Assembly (NCBI RefSeq): GCF_009914755.1
Contig: NC_060948.1
Strand: one strand, 5' to 3'
Source: the human T2T-CHM13v2.0 reference genome, Homo sapiens
DNA length: 64,000 nucleotides
Below are positions 1 through 14,468 of this stretch, piece by piece (position 1 is the first letter of the stretch; each line of letters begins with the position of its first letter). The position numbers and the translations under genes are program-made. The notes below the pieces were generated by a model. The model did no database searches. It saw only the letters and a program-made list of their open reading frames with translations, and was not told where the DNA came from.

Positions 1-830
1 TACAGGAATTAAAGTTGTGGGATGAAAAAGTTACGGGATAAAAAATACTGTGGAAAAGTGGCAAAAAAAGTTGTGGAAAAAAAGTAAAAAAAAGTTTTAT
101 GAAAAATTTTTTTAAAAAGTTATGAAAAAGAAGTTACAGGATTTAAAAAAAGTCATGGTATAAAAATAAAAATAAATAAAAGCAGGCCCCTGTCAGCATA
201 AGCCTGGAGAAGTGGGTCTGGAGTCTTCACCCCCACCATGTCCCTACAACACCTCCCCAGTCACCCCTTTACCATTAGGGTAGCAAGACAAGACCCTGGT
301 CTAATGCAGGGAGACAAACAGACCCTTACCACCTTGACCAAGGCTGAGTCCTTACATTTCTGGATGATGATGTTTGTTATTTAAGAGCCAGAGGTTGGAG
401 GAGTTGGTTTGTTTGGAGGAGGTCTGATGGCCTCCTTACTCTCACCAAAGCAACTTTTCCCTCGGGGGGCTCCCATCTTCTTACTCAGAGAGGCAGCTGA
501 GGCGGGACAGTGGAGATAACTGTAGATGAGGTGAGGGCACAGGCTGCTGGGGGTGGCCCCCCTTCCCCCGTGTACATACTGTAGCTGTGTAACATTCCGT
601 ATCGTACCTAGTGGAGGTTGCAGCTGGCATATGAGGAAGAGGTTCTTATAATTATTCACGGCTGGGAAACTTATTTATTGCTAGCATAGGAGCGAGGAAG
701 GAGGCGGGGATGGGGTCATGGCTCCCTGGTGATGGGACTCCTGTTTTTTGTTTGTTGTTGTTATTGTTGTTGTTGTTGTTGTTTTGCTTTTGATTTTGGA
801 ATAAATGTATTTAGCCATACTGCTCAGCCT
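1..830 (+). pseudogene. 3'UTR tail of an upstream GOLGA2/GOLGA6L-family (golgin) copy
   Basis: A-rich degenerate repeat (1-180), then sequence resembling the GOLGA2 3'UTR (CTGTCAGCATAAGCCTGGAGAAGTGGG...CCCTTTACC...GTAGCAAG). AATAAA at 800-805. Abuts the DNM1 3' end tail-to-tail, as GOLGA2 and DNM1 do at 9q34. Confidence 0.7.
752..783 (+). repeat. (GTT)n microsatellite
   Basis: Imperfect gttgttgtt tract seen directly. Confidence 0.85.
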
Positions 831-1695
831 GTTATGTTCCCATTTCCCTGACTGGGTCCTGTAGTTTGTCCCACTGAACGAGGAGCCCCAGAGTGTCTCA
901 GCATGTCCAGCTGGGCTGTGGGGAATCTTCCAGGCCTGTTACCTGTATGCTGCCTGGTGACACCTGGTGGATTTCATGGGGACTGCCATGGTGCCTATGG
1001 AGTACAGTCCAGCCCTGACAGCCAACAGGTTGAGAAGCCTGATCTAGCTGTGGCCAGGAAGACAGATACCAGCACCCAAGGGCACTGACTTCCCTCCACC
1101 CCAGGTGTCTTCCGTTCTGTCCCCCTGCCTCCCGTTCCTGTCTGCACCAGGTGGCCTGTCTGTCCCTCCAGAGTGCTGGCTGCCCCGCAGGCTCCCTCCA
1201 GGCTGAGTTCAGGGCCCTGTGCCCTAGTGGCCAGAGCCGGCTTCACAGGATAAGAGCCAGCTAAGCTGCGGGGACTTTCCAGGAAAAGTGTCCCTTGAAA
1301 AGGGTGTGACCTTTTCACTGCTCCCAACAACACCCTAAAAATGGCTTGGCCTTTTCCATCCCCTGAGCTCCATAGAGAACACAGCCAGCAGAGGACACAT
1401 TCTCTGTAATCCAGAAATGGGTTTCTCAGCCGAGGGACAGCAGGACTGGTAGACACTGTCAGGCCACACAGCTGCCTGCACAGTGCAGCCATGCTTGGCT
1501 AGAAGGGCGGGAGGGATGGCAGGGGCTGGCTGTCCACAGGCTGCGCATGTCCTGGAAGCTCACTGGAGGTGGTGTACTTTGGAGGGGCGATGTCAGGAGA
1601 CAGCTTTCTCTTGCTGGTCTACAAGACTCCACAAGCACAGCACGGGGACTGATTCCCAGTTCTAGAGGCGAGGCAGTTGGCCACGTATATATATG

Positions 1696-1744
<49 letters not shown>

Positions 1745-2694
1745 ATTTATAGCTATTTATAGAACTGGGCAGGGGCATACCACAGAGGGGGCACAAGTTT
1801 TCAGCAATGGTCACACCTGGATGTGTCAGCTCACCACTACAACAGACTAAGTCACAGATGAAGGGGGCTGGCTTTGGGGCTGGGGGAGCCACTGTCAAGT
1901 CACAGGACACCCACCCAGGCAGGCTTGGAAAGGGAGGTCTCTGAGAAGAGGAGGAATCTGTTTAGAGGTCGAAGTGGGGCCTGGAGCTCTCAGGATGGGA
2001 TGGACTTGCCTGACCTGATCAGCTGGCAGTTGGAGAGAAAGCAGAGAGAAAACGGGTTAGAGAAAAGTCAGAGCTGGTGAGGCGAGTGCAGAGTATGGGT
2101 GCGCTGCAGAAGCTGTGGGAGGGCCGGGGAGGGGAGGGCGTAGCTGTGGGCATGGCAAGGTTCCTGGAAAAGAGGGGCTGGAAGGGAAAGGGGAGGAAGA
2201 TGGAGGGAGAAGCCAAAGCTTCATAGGTAGTGCCTGGGGACTGCGGCGGCCCTCCGCACCCCACACACGCTAGCCTCTCTCATGGCACCCAGGCAATCCA
2301 CCCTTCCACCCACAGTTCAGACCAATGCCAGCTCCCTCAGGCTTCCCTCTTCTCTGGTGACCATGTCTTCCAACCCACTGGCCCAGGGCCACCTCTTGCT
2401 TGGAGAGCCCTATCCAACAGCCACCAGACCTGATAGAGAAGGAACACTGCCTGAACCAAAATGGTGGAGCTATAAGGGATGGCTGGCTGGAGTGGTCGCC
2501 AGAGGCCCCTCTGGGCCATCAGAAAACCCAGGGTCCTCTGAGGGACCCTGGGGAAGGCATGGAGGGCAGGTAGCCAGATGGCACTGGCCATAGACATATA
2601 AGTCTAAAAGGGGAGCCTCAACTGGTTGACGGGGGGCTGCAGGTTGCATAGGTGAGGCTGGGCCTTTCCTGCTGGGAAAAGCAGAAGAGGGAGG
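830..2694 (-). pseudogene. DNM1P: Dynamin-1 pseudogene fragment (terminal exons plus 3'UTR), copy A
   Basis: Minus strand ~2024-1962 reads *SGQASPSHPESSRPHFDL* (DNM1 C-terminus RSGQASPSRPESPRPPFDL, with CGA>TGA). Minus strand 2671-2598 reads RKGPASPMQPAAPRQPVEAPLLDL after a cccag acceptor (dynamin-1 alternative tail exon). Lower boundary approximate. Confidence 0.85.
1702..1744 (+). repeat. (TG)n(AG)n microsatellite
   Basis: Seen directly. Confidence 0.95.
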
Positions 2695-2826
2695 CTAACT
2701 TTTGTGTTGTTTAGTAGAGAGTGGGTTTCACCAGGTTGGCCAAGCTGGTCTCAAACTCCTGACCTCAAATGACCCATCTCTGCCTCCCAAAGTTCTGGGA
2801 TTACAGGCCTGAGCCACCGCGCCCGG
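2693..2826 (-). mobile_element. Truncated Alu (left monomer) at deletion junction
   Basis: Alu sequence begins abruptly at ggctaacttttgtg; the longer paralog is at 43591-43880. Confidence 0.85.
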
Positions 2827-3151
2827 ATCCGAGGCCCTTAAGCTTAAACACCTCGTTCTTCAGTCAGGTTTTCCTTGTTCCCGCGTGTTCAGCCAATCCT
2901 GTTTAAGGAGAAACTAACAATGAAAATGGACTCGTTGGTGGAGGAGAAGTTGGAATGCAGCCTCTGGTGCTGTTTGAGCGATCCCTCTTCCCTGGTCGCT
3001 GCTGTGTTCTGGAAAGGCGCATTGTACCCTGGATGCGGCAGGTAAGAGTCCTGTCCAGGTGCTCTGCCCGCTTTCCTTTCAGGCTTCTGTATCAGCTTTT
3101 GTGGGCTCTGGGTTAGCTACGTGGTTGTTGTAAAATGATTAGCAGGGAAAA

Positions 3152-3153
<2 letters not shown>

Positions 3154-3193
<40 letters not shown>
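3154..3193 (+). repeat. (TG)n microsatellite
   Basis: Seen directly; shorter paralog at 45016-45039. Confidence 0.95.
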
Positions 3194-3195
<2 letters not shown>

Positions 3196-3359
3196 TTTAA
3201 GTTTCTTTTCTTGTCAGAGGACTTCGAATTTTATTTTATATGGTAATTCTTTCAATTTACTTTATTCTCCACCCCACATTTATTGAACAGCAAAGTATGA
3301 AAGTAATGTGTCCCATAAGCAGCCTTCAGAAGAATTACAACTGCTGTATATCTGAAATT

Positions 3360-3657
3360 CTTTTTTATTTTTTTATTTTGAGATGGAGTCTCACTATATC
3401 ACCCAGGCCAGAGTACAGTGGTGTGATCTTGCCTCACTGGAACCTCTGCTGCCCAGGTTCAAGCAATTCTCCTGCCTCAGCCCCCTGAGTAGCTGGGATT
3501 ACAGGCACCTGCCACTGCACCTGGCTAATTTTTGCAGTTTTAGTAGAGACAGGTTTCACCATGTTGGCCAGGCTGGTCTTGAATTCCTGACCTCGTGATC
3601 TGCCTGCATCGGCCTCCCAAAGTGCTGGGATTACAGGCATGAGCTACTGTGCCCGGC
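3360..3657 (-). mobile_element. Alu (AluS-like)
   Basis: Dimeric Alu, polyT first. Confidence 0.9.
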
Positions 3658-5004
3658 TGAACTTTCCAGAAGTTTGTGTGTCAGTTTTCAAAAAATTATG
3701 ATATCAAAAGATAGCTGTGCCCTACATTTGGAAAGATACAAAAACTGAACATACTGGCAGGCAGTTTTGCTTGCTGGTGCTTGAGATAGAGGCACACATT
3801 GGTCTCAGTGGATTTATGGAGAAAAATAGATACAGAAAGTTATTTCTAAATAAGACCAAAAAATCCTTTTCTTAAGCAGTGACAGGTAAAGAGGTTGTCT
3901 TGGCTAACCTTGAATTGTGTTGCCCTTGATTGAGACAGTTTTATGGTGGGGATGGTAGTGGTGATAAACTTGTTGGAAACTTGTCTGCTAATGGTAACCT
4001 TTGTGGTAGCGGTCACAGACAACTTCATCCTCACAGGCCTTGAAATTAGTATAAAACTAACAGAATGGAGGAGAAACAAAGGACCTGAATAATCAGATGC
4101 TTAGATAATTGTTCTGTGTTTTCATAACTGATGAAAAAGAACAGTGTTAGGAACACTTAAACATTCCATGGAAGGAACACTGCCTGAATTTATATTGTGA
4201 TTTTTGAGCATCATTCACTGTTTAAAAACAGGCATATTGTAGGTAATATTTTAAAGACAAATAGAAAAGTTATCTTTTCAAGATGGATCTAAAACTTAAC
4301 CTTATCAAAATTACAAAATGTAAAGCATACAATTGAAAAATATTAATGCATAGGTTTAAATATTGGTCATCATTTTAGATGTCTTTCAAAATACATTGTC
4401 TCTTAAATATTAAACTGAAAACATTGAACATGTTGTAGAGTTTGTGCTCAAGGTTAAGTTTCCTGGGGTGATGGATATTTTATAATATGGATAACAAAAA
4501 CTTCTTATTTTAAGAAATTTAGAAAATTTTTAGGCAAAACTAGAACATAATACCAGTAATTCTACCACTCAGAATGTACCACTGTCAGAATTTTGTATCT
4601 TTCCCATCATCTGCTCATCTCTTTTCTCCTTTGCTTGTATGTGTTCCCTCTCCCTTAAAAAATCAGATTTTTTTTTGTAATCTGCTTTTTCACTCAACAA
4701 TATTGTAGACCCATGTCATAAGTTACTCCTCTACAGTGCCTTCAGTTATTGTGTGCTTTGTGTTGGATGACTATACCATCTAGTCATTCGCGTTTTCTGA
4801 TACTGAATACATAGGGGTGAGTGAGTGAGTGTTTATGTTTCTGTGTGTGTGTGTGTGTGTGCACGTGTGTTTTCTACCTTAACTAATGCTTTAGACATCA
4901 ATAGCTAGAGCTAAATACTTGAAACCTTCCATGTGGTGGCTTTCAGTTCTCATTGCTGAATTGGTTTCTAGAGATGGAACCAATTATATTGTATGGAAAA
5001 AAAA

Positions 5005-5391
<387 letters not shown>

Positions 5392-6121
5392 TAATTATCT
5401 TTGACTTTCTAGAAAGCAGTCTGACATTCTAGAAACTTGCCTAACCTCTTCCCATTTAGGCAAGATGAATTCTGACTATCCCTAGGTGGCCAATCTTGTC
5501 CCTGTGATTCCATATCTCCCAGAAAGAGAGGTCTAGTCTCAGGGAAAACCCAGATTTTCTTGGCTTAGCCCACCTGAGAGCTAATCACTGGAAATGGGGT
5601 GGGCCGGTAGAGTCCTTTGGTCAGGTTTTGTGTCAAGAGCAGGATGTGGAAAGATAGGAGAGAGGTAGCAAAATTGGCCTCAATGGAACTATGTAAGTTA
5701 ACATAGAATGGCAAAGGAATGTTTCTTCCAAGGAAGAAATTCTAGGGAAGGAAGAAAGTGGAGGGTAAGGCAGCAGTTCTCAAAGTTTTGGGGTCAGGAT
5801 TCCTTTACACTCTTAAAAGTATATTGAGGGCCCAAGGAGCTTTTCTGTATATAGGTTATATCTATTGGTATTTATCATTAGAAATTAAATCAGAAATATT
5901 TAGAATATTCTTTAAAAGCTCACCAAATTTTGTTATAAATGCTTTTATGAAAAGAAAATTTCTAAACCCAAAATAGTACAATGTTACACCTTTTGCAAAT
6001 TTCGTTGATGTTTGATACGTCATTTGCATTTCCATTCAATTTATTGTGTGATATTTGCTTGAAAAAATGTGAACAAAGGCCAATCTGATACAGACAGCCA
6101 TTTTAGATCATTATGGATATT

Positions 6122-6340
6122 TCTTTTTTTTTTTTTTTGTGAGATTGGGTCTTTCTCTGTCTCCCAGGCTGGAATGCAGTAGTATGATCACGGCTCACTG
6201 GAGCCTCAGTGTCTGGGGATTCAGGTGATCCTTCCACCTCAGCCTCCAGAGTAGCTGGGACTACAGATGTATACTACCCCACCTAGCTAATTGTTTGTAT
6301 TTTTTTGTAGAGACAGGGTTTTGCCATGTTGCCTTGGCTT
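6122..6340 (-). mobile_element. AluJ-like fragment
   Basis: Partial old Alu. Confidence 0.8.
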
Positions 6341-6911
6341 CCTTTTTGATACTCCATCAAAAATTGATTTTTCTTGAACTTTGGATCTTTTACCCTTGCA
6401 TGGTATTATAACATCATGCATTGTTCCGTTCAAAAATAATGGTTTACTGAGATCTTCTATATGTTGATACATTTGATTGTACAATATCAAAATACACTCA
6501 TCAATATCACCATCAATCTCATCAGAATAGTTTTAGAAAGCGATGGTGGATATAAGTTTTCTAAAATTCTAATTTTTTGTTCAAAAGCTTGAGTTTTAGT
6601 ATTAGCAATTTTATTGTTGAAATTTATTATGGCCTGTCTGTTATTTTCCTTGAAATAACAGAATCTCCTTTTTTGAGAAAATGTCCCCCAAAACCCAAGC
6701 TGAAATAGCATTTTTTGTCAGCCATCTTTTGGAATAAAAATGATATTCCATTAAAGTGGTTAATTCACTTCATGACGTAGTCTCATGAGGGTTTTTTCTC
6801 TGACAGTCTGTAGGTATGCTCATGTATACTTCCCATTTCATCACTTGAAATATTAAAAAGGTATATTCAAGGATTAAGATGTAAATTTTTCACTGCTTCA
6901 TCATAGACATT

Positions 6912-7206
6912 CTTTTTATTTTTGAGACAGGGCCTTGTTCTGTCACCCAGGCTGGAGTGCAGTAGCATGATCACAGCTCACTGTAGCCTCAACCTTCTGG
7001 GCTCAATCAATCCTCCTGCCTCAACCTGCCAAGAAGCTGGGACTGCAGTCATACAACCACCATGTCCAGCTAATTTTTATATTTTTAGTAGAGATGGGCT
7101 TTCACCGTGTTGGCCAGGCTGCTCTCAAACTGTTGACCACAGGTGATCTGCCCGCCTTGGCCTACCAAAGTGTTGGGATTACAGGCATGAGACATTGTGC
7201 CTGGCC
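6912..7206 (-). mobile_element. Chimeric Alu (AluJ-like half plus AluS-like half)
   Basis: Mismatched flanks correspond to the outer TSD halves of two separate Alus in paralog copy B. Confidence 0.85.
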
Positions 7207-7763
7207 TGCCCTTCCTTTTTCAACCTTTAAACCTTTCCTGTGCATAGTAGTCATACCATGACTACTAGTAGTTTGGTGTTACTGCCTTTATTTGTGCTAA
7301 AGTACCAGCATTTTTACCCACCATTGCATCTGCACCCTTACAGCAAATGTCACCATGTTAGTATTCCTGTCAAAACAGTTTGGACCTGGGGGTCTGAGGG
7401 CTGCACTTTGGGAACCACTGAAATAGGTACTTAAACCTACTATATATCATATCTTTTCATCTACAAGATTTTTAAAAACTTGATTTCAGTTAATATTTTT
7501 GTAGTTTTTAAAATATGGTTTTGAGGGGTTTCAGTCCAGAGCAGCAACATGTATTTTACTTTGCTTATGCTGAAGTTTACTAGACAAATACTAACCTAAT
7601 AGAATGAGGTCCTAAATCTAGTTGCATTTTCTTTAGCCAAAAAAAAAAAAACCCAAACTAAAAATTTAAAAATGGTCCATATGGTGTATTCCCAATGTAT
7701 GCTGAAGAATTTGAAGAAGAAAATGCAATAGGCAGTAAGTGGTATTCTTTAAGAATAGCATTG

Positions 7764-8072
<309 letters not shown>

Positions 8073-8214
8073 TCATTCTGAAGAGTTTCTTTTAGCCTGT
8101 AAAAAGATTTGGGACACTGTAAGAGAGGAATGAGAAGAATGAGAATAGTGAAATAAATCATTATTGAAGAGATAGACTGTTAATGATGTCCTCCTTCAAT
8201 ATAACTTGTTTTTC

Positions 8215-8516
8215 TTTTCCTTTTTTTTTTTTTTTTTTTTGAGATGGAGTCTTGCTCTGTCACCAGGCTGGAGTGCAGTGGTGCATCTCAGCTCACTGAA
8301 ACCTCTGCCTCCTGGGTTCAAGCGATTCCCCTGCCTCAGCCTCTTGAGTGGCTGGGACTACAGGCATGAGCCACCATGCCCGGCTAGTTGTTTTTATTTT
8401 GGTAGAGACAGGGTTTCACCACATTAGCCAGGATGTCTCGATCTCCTGCCTTGTGATCCACCCACCTTAGTCTCCCAAAGTGCCCAGATTGCAGGCATGA
8501 GCCACCACACCTGGCC
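8215..8516 (-). mobile_element. Alu
   Basis: Dimeric Alu. Confidence 0.9.
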
Positions 8517-8820
8517 AACTTGTTTTTCTGGTTTTCCGTGGTTTTCATGGTTTTCTGGTTTTCTTGGTTTTCCTTGACTTGAACCTAGTTCTTCTGAAGC
8601 TAATATATAATAACGATTGCTTTTCACCAGTTTCTAATAGAAGACAGTACAATGCAACAGAGTAAATGTCTATTAGTGGGTGAAAGTGCATAATGCTTAG
8701 TTCATTAGCTTTTTAAAAAATCACATGTAATTATCTCCCAAAAATATATGTATAATAATGGCATTTATTCATATTACTTGGTTTGTGTGATAGAATAAAA
8801 TGTATGAATTTTATGGTGTT

Positions 8821-9357
8821 TGAATTAGTTATCTATTGCTCTGTAACAAATTTAGTAGCTTAAAACAACAAACATTATCTCACAGTTTCTGTGGGTCAGG
8901 ATTCTGTGCAGTTTACCTTGGGTTCACTGGCCTGGCCTCTCACCAGGCAGTGAAGGTGTTGATGGCAGCTGTGATCATCCCAAGTCAGGATAGGGAGAGA
9001 ATCCATCTCCAAGCTCACACTGGCGGGATTCACCTCAGAGGCTGCTGGACTGGGCCTCCGTTTCTAGATGGCTATTGGTCAGAGACCTTTTACAATACCT
9101 TGTCATGTGGGCCTCTCCATAGGGCACCTCATCACATGGCAACTGGCTTCCAACAGAGGGAGCAATGGAAAGAGCAGGAGAAGGGTGAACAAGGCATGCA
9201 TCGTAGTCTCCTTGTAGCCTCATCTCAGAAGTGATGTTATTACTTTTGCTGTATTCTCTTTGTTAGAAGTGAGTCACTAGGTCCAAGGGTGGAATTTTAC
9301 AAGGGTGTGAATGGCAGGAGGTGAGGGTGATCAGGGCCATTTAGAGGCTGCCTACCA
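8821..9357 (-). mobile_element. MaLR LTR (MLT1-like)
   Basis: ATTAGTTATCTATTGCT...AGCTTAAAACAACA...CACAGTTTCTGTGGGTCAGGA...GGCTGCCTACCA motifs; paralog at ~51128-51661. Confidence 0.7.
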
Positions 9358-10375
9358 TTCTTGAAGAAAATTGTTGACTTCTATGAGCTGTGGCAGCAGA
9401 CAGTGCTATGCAAGGAGAATGGCTGTCTCAGAAGTCCAGCTCCTCACATGGGTTTTAATGTGTTGCCTTTTCCTCCGATACATTTTGTTTAAATCCGTGG
9501 TCATCTTGCCCTTTAGTGATGTGGTTTAATTGCATATTTGGGTTAGGCTGTGTGTAAACATTTAACATAGGTGTCTCTGGGTTAAACAGGAATCCTATTC
9601 ATCTTCTTCACCAATATGGTTTGTAGACTCTGATGAGCTAAATCTGACATCAGTTTTGGAATGTCTGGAAGATGATAAGAACAACAATTTGGTGAGGAAA
9701 GAAGCCAAGCTCTTTTCTCTTTTCCTCATAAACATTGTATTTAGAAATTAAATGTTAAGAGATAATATAATAAAAAAACATGATTAATAACTATAAACTT
9801 AGAGGAATTAAAGTCTGGGTATTTTAAGTCCTCCAAATCTTATTTACTACCTGGTTTCTCTTTGTTATTTCCCACATGTATAACCTTAGTTTAGATTAGC
9901 AATTCGGGATCTCTTTTGCCCTGAATTCTAACAATTAAGCCAAGCAAGCATTTTGGGTGGAGACCACTAGCCAAGGTGGGAAGTAGAAAAAAGACCAAGG
10001 TGGAAGTGAAGGGAAAGATGGGGAGAATGACACCAAAACTAGTGGGAGGGGATTGCCTTTTCTTTCAAGGGTCTGTAAGTCTGCAGTAAAAGTCAAAGGT
10101 ATTCAAATAGGAAGTTTTGTTTTTGTTTTTAGTTTATAAAGAAATATAACTTTCCATGTTGGAAAAATTTTAAAAACTTTTTTTATTATAAAACTCACAA
10201 GCAACCATTGTTGAGAAAATTAGTAAAGTACAGAAAAGCAAAAAGAAAAAAAATTAGTCTCCCATAATTTCTCTACCTAATATAACCACTATTGACAGTT
10301 GACATGATGGCCATTTTCTACCAGTATATATTTTTTCTTTGCTAGTAAAATACATAACCTTATACATATGTTTAA

Positions 10376-10723
<348 letters not shown>

Positions 10724-11149
10724 TTTTATATTCTTTTAAAAAGTATCTACTGTATTTTCCCATGGTGTCATAGTCTATATAGAAAAATAACAATCATTAT
10801 TTTCAGTTTACATGATTGTTTACCTAAAAATATCCAAAGGAACCAACTGAAAAAAACAATTTTTAAGATTATGGGTTAAAAGCTCTTTTATATAAAAATC
10901 AATAGCCTTCCTAAATGTTATTTATAATCACATAGAAGACATAGTGATGAAGTATTTTTTCAGGTATTTCAGCAAAAATTAAATACCTAGGAATAAACTT
11001 AGATGTGCAGGACTTTTATCAAGGACATGACAAAATTTTGCTGAGTGGAATGAAAGATTTGCATTCTATGTTCCTGGATGAGCAGATTTCATGTTATAAA
11101 TATGTTAGTTATCACCATGTCTTCATATTAATTTGTAAATGTAATTTCT

Positions 11150-11380
11150 GCTGGGCACCGTGGCTCACACCTGTAGTCCCAAAAGTTTGGAAAGCTGAGG
11201 CAGGTAGATGACAATTAGCTGGGTGTCTGTGGCACACACTTGTAGTTCCAAATACTTATGAGGCTGAGGTGGGAGGATCACTTGAGCCTGGGAGGCAGAG
11301 GTTGCAGTGAGCCAAGATCATGCCTCTGAACTCCAGCCTAGGTGACAGAGTGAGACCCTGTCTCAAAAAAAAAAAAAAAA
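11150..11380 (+). mobile_element. Internally deleted Alu
   Basis: Alu 5' end joined to the right monomer; polyA tail. Confidence 0.8.
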
Positions 11381-11392
11381 GCAGAAAAAAAT

Positions 11393-11545
11393 GTGTATGT
11401 GTGTATATAAGTGTGTATGTACATTTCATATTTTATATATATATTTATATATACATTGTATATATACATTTCATATTATATATACTTATATATAAATTGT
11501 ATATATACATTTTACATTATATATAGTGTGTATATACATATACAC
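11393..11545. repeat. TA-rich simple repeat
   Basis: Degenerate (TA)n. Confidence 0.85.
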
Positions 11546-11943
11546 AAATTTCAGTACAAATTCCAGCAGATTTATTTTTGACACTTGACAAAAACGACTC
11601 TAAAGTTAGTTTAGAAGAATAAATAATAAAAATTCATAAAGTATAGACTCTTTCAACCAGATATTAAATAAAATATTGTGGACTAGCCCTGGACCAGACA
11701 GATAAAGGCAATGGAAGTTTAGAGCCAGAGTCATGCAAATGAGAATTTAGTGTAAGGAAAAGGTGGTATTTTAACTTAATACTGAAAAGAGAGATTATTC
11801 TGTAAATGGTTTTAGGAGAACTATTTGAGGAAGTTTGAGTCTTAACTCCAATTTTTGTCAAAATAAGTTACAGTTTGTTTAAACACATCTATTCGTAAAA
11901 ATTAGAACAAAAGGATATTGGTTTGAAGATATTTTAAGAGTTA

Positions 11944-12078
<135 letters not shown>

Positions 12079-13619
12079 TCAATATAGATATACATGTAAA
12101 TATACATATACAAATAGAAAAAAAAGAGTTAAGTTTTATATGGAGAGCCATGAAGATAAGAGGTAAAAATTAAAGGCTTGATGGACACATGTTTACATCT
12201 CCAGCAAGGGGGTTGATGGAAAGAATGATAGACATAGCTCCATTACTGCTACCTCCTTTTAGGAAGTTGCATCTGAACATCTAAAGATATCAGTTTTATA
12301 ATAGCAGAAATGAGTTATTTTTCAGTGTCTAAAACATCACATGACATACATACATACATGCATATATACATAAGTATGTTCATAAAGTTAAATGAAGTAG
12401 GATATAAAATTGGGCCTAGTGTTTAAAAAAGTAAATATATTTACATGAAGGAGAAAACAACTCACCTCCCACTCTTACAGCCTCTGCCAGTTTATCATAG
12501 CCTAGTTTCTTGAGAGAATAAGCTGCATGTCTTCACCTTTTTTCACTGAGCTCATTATAATCTGGATTCTGCCTTCATCGTCGCGCTAAAATTTATCTCC
12601 TAGTTGCCAAATCCAGTGACTCCCCTCTTAGTCCCCAAATGGACCCCTCTGCAGTATTTTGATACTGTTGATTGTTCCTTTGTTGAAACATTCCTCCATT
12701 CTTAATGTCCACTAATAAAGAGTTGGTTAAATAAAAATTGTAGTGTACAGTTTTATAATAGAATATTCTGTTGTTCTGTTGTGGACCAAAAAATGCAGCC
12801 AGTCTTTCCATAAGAGCATGTGCAAACTTCTAAGGTATATTAGGTAAAAAAAGTAAGGCATAAAATATTGTGTATAATCTGACTCCTTTAGCATACAGTG
12901 TAAAAACATCTATGTCTGTACTTGTTTATACTTACTTTTTTCTCCCCTGGTGGATACAGGAAACTGTGAATAGTACAACACAATTTAAAAAAGTAACTGT
13001 GTGTCTTCTGCACCAGGACCTATGATAATTGGGTGTAAAAGACAAAAAAGGCATGTCCCTGTCCTCTGGGAAGGGACATGATAATCGAATGAGACTTCTA
13101 TCGGATTCTCTTCTCCTGTTTTGATCTTATCACCCTGCCTTGGTCTCCTCCGATCTCTTCTTCCTTGTCCTACTTCTTTCTTCTCTTCTCATTCTGTGCT
13201 TTCTCTGAGTAATCTTTGACTCCCATTACTTAAGTCATGACCTGTGTTGCAGGGACTCCTAAATTTGTATTCATCTCCGGAGTTTCAAACCCATATATCT
13301 GTCTGTATATCATATATGTTAGGGAATCTCACCTGGAGTGACATGGGTGTTCAAAATGATGATATTTAAATTTTCATGTATCCACCTCCTAGCACTCTAT
13401 CTAGTCACATATGCCTAAACCTGGGAACTGTCTTAGCGTTCTTTTATATACAACTGTTCTCTGACACCCCCAAACTAGTAAATTTCTAAGACCTGCCCTT
13501 CTGAATGTCTCTTAATATTTTCCCTGTGATCTCAGTTTCTTCCTCCCATCCCTCAAATGCTTTGTGTCTGTGTGTGGTGGGGGAAGAGAGTAAAATTTGT
13601 GGAAAATGTACTACCTTGT

Positions 13620-14468
<849 letters not shown>

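Larger units (their letters stand above)
5771..7420. mobile_element. hAT-Charlie (Charlie1-like) DNA transposon relic interrupted by Alus
   Basis: Terminal-repeat-like ends CAGCAGTTCTCAAAGT... and ...ACTTTGGGAACCACTG; paralog at ~47598-49633. Confidence 0.65.

Noticed and set aside
3240-3640. Short ORFs here and at other Alus (5182, 7824, 29687, 45085, 49952, 52717)
   Set aside because: Typical Alu-derived pseudo-ORFs
8836-9234. 132-aa ORF partly conserved in the paralog (51239-51541)
   Set aside because: Lies within an MLT1-like LTR, lacks an ATG start, and similarity is explained by the duplication
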